Below are positions 57,842 through 64,000 of a DNA stretch of 64,000 nt, in pieces. The notes below the pieces were generated by a model that saw nothing but the letters and a program-made list of their open reading frames with translations, made no database searches and was not told the origin of the DNA. Made by a program: the position numbers and the translations under genes. How positions within the stretch are numbered: position 1 is the first letter of the stretch; the number at the start of each line of letters is the position of its first letter. Source of the stretch: Fimbriimonadia bacterium (GTDB lineage: Bacteria > Armatimonadota > Fimbriimonadia > Fimbriimonadales > JABRVX01); the NCBI GenBank assembly GCA_041483895.1, contig JBGPGO010000007.1:64001-128000 (forward strand), in the 5' to 3' direction.

Positions 57842-57871
57842 ATCATGGCATATATATTCGCAATTTCGCAA
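57842..57871 (-). promoter_or_regulatory. Candidate sigma70 promoter for arsR-ehr
   Basis: Minus strand TTGCGA-18 nt-CATGAT with an upstream TG (extended -10), in an AT-rich patch with tandem TTCGCAA repeats. Confidence 0.3.
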
Positions 57872-57937
57872 GGGACAACTTTCGAACTTTCGCAGGAATC
57901 GCTTCGCTTTCGGTTAGACGTGGGACCTGGATGCGAC

Positions 57938-58141
57938 CTGGATGCGATCGGTCTCCTGACCGAGTCGCAACCATTCTCTAGGTCTCCTGACCGCCCACCG
58001 TTTGTCTTGTCAAGAGACGCCGGAAGAACCTGCGACTCGGTCAGGAGACCGGTCGCATCTTTGGGCATCTTTGTGGTTGTGTCAGCGAAAACCTGCGACT
58101 CGGTCAGGAGACCGGTCGCATGGAAGGAGACTGGTCTCATC
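57938..58141. repeat. Family A cluster: inverted copy (57941-57969), half (57981-57993), direct copies (58031-58059, 58094-58121), degenerate tail
   Basis: Direct sequence matches; 57938-58006 is the inverted partner of 59881-59949. Confidence 0.9.
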
Positions 58142-58175
58142 GAAGAGTGTCAGCGGATTGGACGGCTCCCGTCCC

Positions 58176-59606
58176 CTATCCGAAAGCAGGTTTGATGCCG
58201 AGCAGGCAGTCGATCACGTCGTCTGCCGTGTAGGACTTCTGACCGGGCTTCAAAAACCGGGACAGGTTTGCGAGGTCGTCTCCCGCCGTGACGATCGCGG
58301 GCTCCATGAAGCCATCCTTGCGCACCTGGCCAAAGCCTGCCGTCGTAAGCAAGCCATTACATATGCACTTGCGCCCGGCAGTAGCGGCACGATCGCCACC
58401 CTTGGCAACGTAGTCTTCGATCGGCTCTCCAGGGCAGCGGTAGCCCACAGACCCGTTCGCTTTTCGGTAGGGTTGGCGCAGGTAGCCCAAATTGCACAAG
58501 CGCTCCCGGCGCTCATAAACAACCGGGTCGGAGAGTGTGCCGGGCAGGTCGACCACCTTAAATGGAAACCCGGTGGTGGATGCGAGAGGGTCCGTGAACA
58601 CTCGAATTGTTCCATCGAGGACCTTTTGGATGACTTTCGCTTTGATGTCCGGCGCGATGCCGGACTCCTTGCAGAAGGCGAACGCCGTTCCGACCTGGAT
58701 ACCTTGCGCTCCGATGCAAAGGGCTTCGCAGAGCTTTTCCGGCGATCCGAATGAACCCGCGAGCCAAAACGGCAGCCCCAGATCGCGAATCACGGATATA
58801 TCGGGAGCATCGCGCGGACCGTATATCGGCTCGCCCGAATCGCTAAGCACGCTCACGCCTCGCGGCGGCGCATTGTGCCCGCCGGCCGTCGGTCCTTCAA
58901 TGACGAAGCCGTCCACTCGCCCGACGCTCTTTTTGGCCAAAGTGTTCGCAAGCACGGTCGAAGCGATGATTCCGAGGAACTTCGGGCGGCAAAGGCTTTC
59001 GGCGCCCTGACAATATTCCCGAGGGTCGAATTCGGAGAGAAAAACTTCGTCGGGCCCGGCGTCCGCGACGTCGATTCTCAGATCCGTTGGCTCAATCGCC
59101 GCCAGGCGGTCCAGCGCGCCAGGAATGAACCGTGGGATCCCGGCGCCCATCAGAACATAATCGACATTGGCAAGGATCGCGCCGAACAGCGCGGGAAGCG
59201 TCGGAAGCTGGATCTTTTCGAGGAGATTGATGCCGACCAACCCACTATGCCCCCACTTAGCGAGGAAAACTTCGACGAAGCTCGCTACGACGACAAGTTC
59301 CGTAAACGCTTTCGGCGGATGCAGCGAGGGGACGGGCTTGGACTTGAATGGTGCGCTTGGACGCTTGCCTCCAGGAACATAGAAGCGGGACCACACTCGC
59401 TCGGCCATGTCGCGCAAGGGAAAGGCGTCCAGCCCGAGGCGCATATTCCCGCCCACGTCGCCAAGCTGCAGCCTCCGTACAAGAATCGCATCGAGACCGG
59501 TTCCGGACACCACGCCGAGTTGGCCGCGCATGGACACCGCGCGAGCCAGCGGCCACGCCGAAACGGCCACTCCCATCCCTCCCTGGATAATTTGGGGATA
59601 TGTCAA
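58176..59606 (-). CDS. Nitronate monooxygenase / 2-nitropropane dioxygenase-like FMN enzyme
   Basis: IIQGGMGVAVS, LMGAGIP, GFVIEGPTAGGHN, WLAGSFG, GIQVGTAF, TGFPFKV. Confidence 0.88.
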   Translation of the reverse strand: MTYPQIIQGGMGVAVSAWPLARAVSMRGQLGVVSGTGLDAILVRRLQLGDVGGNMRLGLDAFPLRDMAERVWSRFYVPGGKRPSAPFKSKPVPSLHPPKAFTELVVVASFVEVFLAKWGHSGLVGINLLEKIQLPTLPALFGAILANVDYVLMGAGIPRFIPGALDRLAAIEPTDLRIDVADAGPDEVFLSEFDPREYCQGAESLCRPKFLGIIASTVLANTLAKKSVGRVDGFVIEGPTAGGHNAPPRGVSVLSDSGEPIYGPRDAPDISVIRDLGLPFWLAGSFGSPEKLCEALCIGAQGIQVGTAFAFCKESGIAPDIKAKVIQKVLDGTIRVFTDPLASTTGFPFKVVDLPGTLSDPVVYERRERLCNLGYLRQPYRKANGSVGYRCPGEPIEDYVAKGGDRAATAGRKCICNGLLTTAGFGQVRKDGFMEPAIVTAGDDLANLSRFLKPGQKSYTADDVIDCLLGIKPAFG

Positions 59607-59754
59607 GGTTTTATGTTCACCATCGGGCGGCAGCGACCGCCCACGTGGGCACTATTGAAGCCGAGCAGTTCACCACATTAGTTTACTTGATCGAAGAATG
59701 TCCGACGTCCCCAACTTAGGCCGATGACGTCCGCTCCTTGATGCAAGTCTACCC

Positions 59755-59963
59755 GTCGTATAGGACATATAGGACTTATACGACATATAGGACCGTTCTG
59801 GTTGCGACTCGGTCAGGAGACCGGTCGCATCGCATCCAGCATCGGAGTTGCGAGCAGGTTCTTTCAGGGTCTCCTGACCGGACAAACGCCGGGCGGTCAG
59901 GAGACCTAAAGAATGGTTGCGACTCGGTCAGGAGACCGGTCGCATCCAGTGACCGGTCGCATC
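59755..59963. repeat. Composite intergenic repeat block: 9-mer array (59755-59793), A (59803-59831), two half-sites, A (59918-59946), half (59951-59963)
   Basis: Direct sequence matches. Confidence 0.9.
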
Positions 59964-59968
59964 CAGTG

Positions 59969-61075
59969 CTAGTGGTGGGGCGGTGGAGTGTCGAGGATGC
60001 CCTTGAGCGTCATCAAGCCGATGAGCAGAACGACCGCCACGCCGGCATCGATCACCCACTGGCGCTTACCCGGATGGCGCGATTTCGAACGGTCGAGCCA
60101 CGGAAGGAAGAACATGCCGAGCGACACCAGCCCCGGAGCGATGACCGTCGCCACGATCTCCCACCGGGCGGGCATTAGCTTCAGGAGCTCATACAATCCA
60201 AGGAAGTACCACTCCGGCCGGGGTACGAAGTCCGTCCCGGCGGGATTGGCGACCGACTGCAACTCGGCGCCTTTCGTCAATGCCAGATAGATCACCAGCC
60301 CCATGCCTAAGAACACGACCACTGCATCGCGGAAGAGCTGAACCGGGAAAAATGGGACGGGCCTTCCTTTTTGCGGCACAACCGGCCCGGCTATGTGAAG
60401 CCGTCGGACGAGATAGAGATGGAGCGCCGTCAAAGCGATGAGCGCGGCAGGCAGGAGCATGATGTGGATCGCGTAGAAGCGGCTCAGGGTTAGCGAACCG
60501 ACCTCTTCCCCGCCGCGAATCAGGACCATCATCGCGTGGCCGACGAACGGGACGGTGTTCGCAATCCGGGTGCCCACGACCGTCGCCCAGTACGCCTTCT
60601 GGTCCCAGGGCAGCAGGTAGCCCGTGAATGAGAAGCCGAGCATGATCAGAAAGATGAACGAGCCAACGAGCCAAGTCAACTCGCGCGGCTTCTTATAGGA
60701 TCCAAAGAAGAAGACACGAAGAATGTGCAAGACGGTGACGATGACGATCATGGTCGCGCCCCAGAGGTGGACGCCACGGACGAATGAGCCGAGCGGGACC
60801 TGATAGGTTAGGTACTTCACGCTATCATACGCCGTTGTCGGTCCAGGGCTGTAGAACATGGCCAACGCGATTCCTGTGACGAACTGAAAGACCAGCAGCG
60901 TGAGCAGCAGGTTTCCGAGTGTCTGCCACCAGCCCACGCCGGGGGGCATTGGCTCATCCAGGTTCTTGCGAACAAATCCCCACCAGCCAAGCCGCAGATC
61001 CAACCAGTCCTTGAAATTTGGGCGCTCTAGTTTTAGTTGATCTTCTTGGGACAGCATTTCTTCGCTCATGATCAC
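59969..61075 (-). CDS. petB: Cytochrome b of a Rieske/cytb complex (cyt b and subunit IV in one chain)
   Basis: QFVTGIALAMFY, RGVHLWGA, HILRVF..YKKPRELTW, FTGYLLPWDQKAYWA, TLSRFYAIH, PEWYFL. Confidence 0.93.
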   Translation of the reverse strand: MIMSEEMLSQEDQLKLERPNFKDWLDLRLGWWGFVRKNLDEPMPPGVGWWQTLGNLLLTLLVFQFVTGIALAMFYSPGPTTAYDSVKYLTYQVPLGSFVRGVHLWGATMIVIVTVLHILRVFFFGSYKKPRELTWLVGSFIFLIMLGFSFTGYLLPWDQKAYWATVVGTRIANTVPFVGHAMMVLIRGGEEVGSLTLSRFYAIHIMLLPAALIALTALHLYLVRRLHIAGPVVPQKGRPVPFFPVQLFRDAVVVFLGMGLVIYLALTKGAELQSVANPAGTDFVPRPEWYFLGLYELLKLMPARWEIVATVIAPGLVSLGMFFLPWLDRSKSRHPGKRQWVIDAGVAVVLLIGLMTLKGILDTPPPHH

Positions 61076-61569
61076 ACCATCTTCAAAACATAGATCTTGC
61101 CGTTTTCGATTTTTGTCGGATGTGTCTTTAGGCCCTCCGGCGGCGGACCGGCAACAACACGGCCTTGGTCGTCAAAGACGCCACCATGGCAAGGGCAGAA
61201 ATAGCGCAACTTATCATCCTGGAATTTGATCCGGCAGCCAAGGTGCGTGCAAGCCGGATCGAAGGCGACCACCCGATCGGGGAAACGGCGTAAGTAGACG
61301 GTGTACTTTCGCTCCGTATCCAGGTATCCGTCCTTCATCTTGAACGTGAACGAGACCTCGCGCGTTTTTCCCTCCGGCAACTCATGGTCGTCCAGAATCG
61401 GCACCCATTGGCCCGTCGATTTCCGGACGATGGGCGATCCAATGAAGCCCAGCACCGGGCCGAGGATCGTGCCGGCTACCACCACGTTGATAATGCCGAC
61501 CAGCCAACCGAGGAGCCTCCGCTTGCCGGGATCCAGTGGTACAGTCTCTAACGATTGATTTGCGCACAT
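61072..61569 (-). CDS. Rieske 2Fe-2S subunit
   Basis: KRRLL + TM anchor (Tat-like); CTHLGC and CPCHGG boxes; GPPP. Confidence 0.93.
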   Translation of the reverse strand: MCANQSLETVPLDPGKRRLLGWLVGIINVVVAGTILGPVLGFIGSPIVRKSTGQWVPILDDHELPEGKTREVSFTFKMKDGYLDTERKYTVYLRRFPDRVVAFDPACTHLGCRIKFQDDKLRYFCPCHGGVFDDQGRVVAGPPPEGLKTHPTKIENGKIYVLKMV

Positions 61570-61584
61570 TGGAACACAACCTCC

Positions 61585-63504
61585 TCATGGGTAATAACGG
61601 ATCACAATCGTCTTTGCCTTGACCGGATCGACGAGATCGACCACCTGCCGCGCGATGCGGTCCGTTTTGTGATGCCGGCCGGGTGATGGCTCACGGCGGT
61701 ATCCGATCTCGACGCCTGACTCCGTGAGCGCTTCCGTGCCACGCGTGACCGCGACCAGCGCCGGCACGACCCACGCATGTGAGAAGCGGGTAAACGGCGC
61801 TGTCGCGATGAGAAGTGTGATTGAGGACAGGTGATACAGATAGATCGTGAGGATCCAGGCGGAACCGCCCAACCGGGCCAGGAAGAAGACGAAGAAGCCG
61901 CTCAATATCGTGTGGAACAGCAGGTTGACGAACAGGAAATCGCGTCCCAGCGTGACCCCGTTGTCAATGAATTCGTCTTTTTGGTACCGATACTTCACAT
62001 AGAGGATGCCAATGAACACGGCGAGGCCGGAGACGAGCGGCAGCACTTTCAGCGCGCTCCCCAGCGGCAACTCCGCGCGCATCGGGTTGTAGATCGCGAT
62101 TAGGATGTCGGCGAGCATCAGGCCGCAGAAACCGTACAGGATCAACCCGTGCATAAACCATCGCAACGGGCTGCGCCGAAACAGTGAGGCAACGAGGAAG
62201 CCGTCAACAATCATCGCGCGCAAGGCAATCAGCGCGGCCTTGCCGGTACCAAATTTGCGCAGGTATGGCCTGGCCTGCCGGATGCCCGTGCAATCAACCC
62301 AATACCAGAGCACTTTCAAACCGAACAAGAATGCGAACCCGAAGACGAATAGGAAGTAGATGGACAGCTTCTGAGGGGTGAGCAGGCTGCCGATCTTGTA
62401 GGTCAGCGGGACCTGGTCGGGAAGCCACGGTTTCAGGCGGACTTCATCTCGAATGGAATTCAGGTCGCTGTCAGACAAAGCGTCGGCCGAAAACGCCGGC
62501 ATCATGCCCTTGCCCTTTCGGACGATCGCCTGAAACTCCGCATCTGTGATTTTCGTCTTGGCAAGGGGTGGACCGAGTCCTCCCATCGCGGCGGCGCCGT
62601 GGCATCCGACACAGTTCGAGGTTGAGAAAACATCTGTTTTCGGGCCCTGCCCCATCGCGACGGCGGCAACGAGCAGAGTTAGGCCGAGGAGCGATGTAAT
62701 GCGAATAAAGGCCTTCTTGAATAGCGACAGCGACTCGGTCAGGAGCCCGGTCGCATCGACCTTCTTCAAGACTGACATCGGCCGAGTCGCGTGGACTGCG
62801 GGCCGGGCTATCTCAGTGACCCCAATCCCCACAAACGCTTCTTCCGTGCCTCCGTGCAGAGTTGCGGTCTCTTGTTCCGACATGGGTCCGAGGTAGCAGG
62901 TGGCAGGATTCGTCTTGCACTCCGGCAGCAGGTGGAACGGCTCGCGCCCGGTCCCGATCGCTTCTTCGACGATATATCTGGAGATTGCGCTATGATCATC
63001 TTCCAGGTCGCCAAAAATGCGCGCGGTGGTCGGGCAAGCGACGACGCATGCGGGATCGAGACCTTTGTCCACACGGTGAGCGCAGTACGTGCATTTGCGC
63101 GCGACGTTCTCTTTCAGGCGCGGCCGAACGTGCTTGGTTTCGTACTCCATATCGTCCTCGAGATACCAGCGGTCCACTTTCTGCAAATACACGTTGCCGT
63201 ATGGGCAGGCGGAGACGCATGCGCCCGTTCCTTTGCATCGGTCTTGGTCGATGAGCACGATGCCGTCATCGCGGCGGAAGATCGCCTTATTCGGGCAGGC
63301 CTTCAGGCACGGCGCGTCGTCGCAGTGGTTGCACAGAATGGGCAGATAGAAGCGCTTGACGGCGGGATATTTGCCGGCCTCGATATTGATTACGCGGGCG
63401 AAAAAGGTATCCACCGGCGTGCCGTTCTCCTGCTTGCACGCCACGGTGCAGGCATCGCATCCGATGCAACGCGTCATGTCGATCAGCATCGCGTACCGCG
63501 CCAT
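61585..63504 (-). CDS. DmsB/NrfC-type 4x[4Fe-4S] subunit fused to monoheme cytochrome c and a NarI-like membrane domain
   Basis: CIGCDACTVACK, CNHCDDAPCLKACP, CKGTGACVSACPY, KCTYC..PACVVACP; hydrophobic helix; CVGCH..GPPL..GMMPAF; then RWFMHGLILYGF, HTILSGF, YLYHL..PFTRFSH. Confidence 0.85.
   Translation of the reverse strand: MARYAMLIDMTRCIGCDACTVACKQENGTPVDTFFARVINIEAGKYPAVKRFYLPILCNHCDDAPCLKACPNKAIFRRDDGIVLIDQDRCKGTGACVSACPYGNVYLQKVDRWYLEDDMEYETKHVRPRLKENVARKCTYCAHRVDKGLDPACVVACPTTARIFGDLEDDHSAISRYIVEEAIGTGREPFHLLPECKTNPATCYLGPMSEQETATLHGGTEEAFVGIGVTEIARPAVHATRPMSVLKKVDATGLLTESLSLFKKAFIRITSLLGLTLLVAAVAMGQGPKTDVFSTSNCVGCHGAAAMGGLGPPLAKTKITDAEFQAIVRKGKGMMPAFSADALSDSDLNSIRDEVRLKPWLPDQVPLTYKIGSLLTPQKLSIYFLFVFGFAFLFGLKVLWYWVDCTGIRQARPYLRKFGTGKAALIALRAMIVDGFLVASLFRRSPLRWFMHGLILYGFCGLMLADILIAIYNPMRAELPLGSALKVLPLVSGLAVFIGILYVKYRYQKDEFIDNGVTLGRDFLFVNLLFHTILSGFFVFFLARLGGSAWILTIYLYHLSSITLLIATAPFTRFSHAWVVPALVAVTRGTEALTESGVEIGYRREPSPGRHHKTDRIARQVVDLVDPVKAKTIVIRYYP
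62730..62757 (+). repeat. Family A copy inside the FeS-cytochrome c linker
   Basis: GCGACTCGGTCAGGAGCCCGGTCGCATC, translated DATGLLTES. Confidence 0.9.
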
Positions 63505-63507
63505 CGC

Positions 63508-64000
63508 TTAGCCCCCCACCTTCCGGATATCGACTCGCGTGTCCTTCCAGTGCTGGCCGGGGGCGTACACCGCCGGAAGGAAGTAGTTCTCATGGGTTGG
63601 CTTCACCAGCTGATGCGTGGTGACGGTGTGGTACTTGCCTTTTGCCAGATACCGGTCCCACCATGCATGATCCACGCAGAGCACGCCCGGTTTGATGGTT
63701 TCTGTAACCAGAGCCCAGAGCTCGTAGGAGCCGTTTGCGTTGAATATCTCCACTTGGTCGCCGTCGGCGATGCCGCGCTTGGCCGCGTCGCGTGGATTGA
63801 TCTCGACCACGGGCTGTCGATTGAGGTTGAGGAGAAGAGGGTTGTTGCTGTGGGTGGAGTGGACCCGCCATTTCGAATGCGGCGTGACGATGTTGAGTGG
63901 CATTTCCTGCTCTTCCTTCGGAAGGTAATCGTATGCAGGCTTGTAGATCGGGACGCTCTCGCCGAGCTTTGCGAAGACCTCTTCCTCTTTATAGAACTCC
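63508..64000 (-). CDS. Molybdopterin oxidoreductase catalytic subunit, C-terminal (Molydop-binding) part; partial, 5' end outside the window
   Basis: Frame is open to the window end (EFYKEEEVF..PIYKP); TPHSKWRVHSTH, VEINPRDAAKRGIADGDQVEIFNANG, VTETIKPG. Confidence 0.88.
   Translation of the reverse strand, partial: EFYKEEEVFAKLGESVPIYKPAYDYLPKEEQEMPLNIVTPHSKWRVHSTHSNNPLLLNLNRQPVVEINPRDAAKRGIADGDQVEIFNANGSYELWALVTETIKPGVLCVDHAWWDRYLAKGKYHTVTTHQLVKPTHENYFLPAVYAPGQHWKDTRVDIRKVGG

Noticed and set aside
58031..58121. Repeat A pairs with a ~62-63 bp period (also 37121/37183) resembling a CRISPR mini-array
   Set aside because: Spacing is irregular elsewhere (about 37, 48 and 81 bp), both orientations and half copies occur, copies are dispersed and intragenic, and there are no cas genes or leader.
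57817..58140. Long N-terminal extension of the ArsR ORF in the track
   Set aside because: It is translated repeat-A DNA; ArsR similarity starts at about 57816.

Overview
GC-rich bacterial window with no rRNA, tRNA or CRISPR-cas detected. Armatimonadota-like by inference only, from the dockerin-like C-terminal tail and the style of the secreted proteins. The left 18 kb is accessory: a malectin-domain protein running off the left edge, a stand-alone tyrosine recombinase, an HD-GYP remnant, an OsmC / acyl-CoA dehydrogenase / PhnD-like / MetE-core operon, a large GH-like protein, a phosphoesterase, a Cys-rich metzincin-motif ORF with a partner gene, and an orphan ParB-DNA methyltransferase. From 18 to 64 kb lies a dense anaerobic/ferredoxin energy island. 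It holds korAB, an 11-subunit complex I lacking nuoEFG, a ferredoxin, a (gamma-delta)(alpha-beta) POR-type enzyme, hemerythrin, and iorA with an IorB::ADP-forming acyl-CoA ligase fusion. It continues with a corrinoid methyltransferase cluster, a GH36 enzyme, an Ehr (Ni-less hydrogenase-related) operon with ArsR, a nitronate monooxygenase, and a molybdoenzyme / FeS-cytochrome c fusion / Rieske / cytochrome b operon. The most striking signal is a ~29-bp bulged hairpin element (TGCGACTCGGTCAGGAGACCGGTCGCATC). I count 19 near-full copies between 37.1 and 62.8 kb, 16 of them in the same orientation. Nine sit in-frame inside five otherwise intact enzyme genes, read in four different frames, including the linkers of two unusual gene fusions. 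Two further co-occurring short repeat families are present. All product calls come from motif recognition by eye; no database searches were run.
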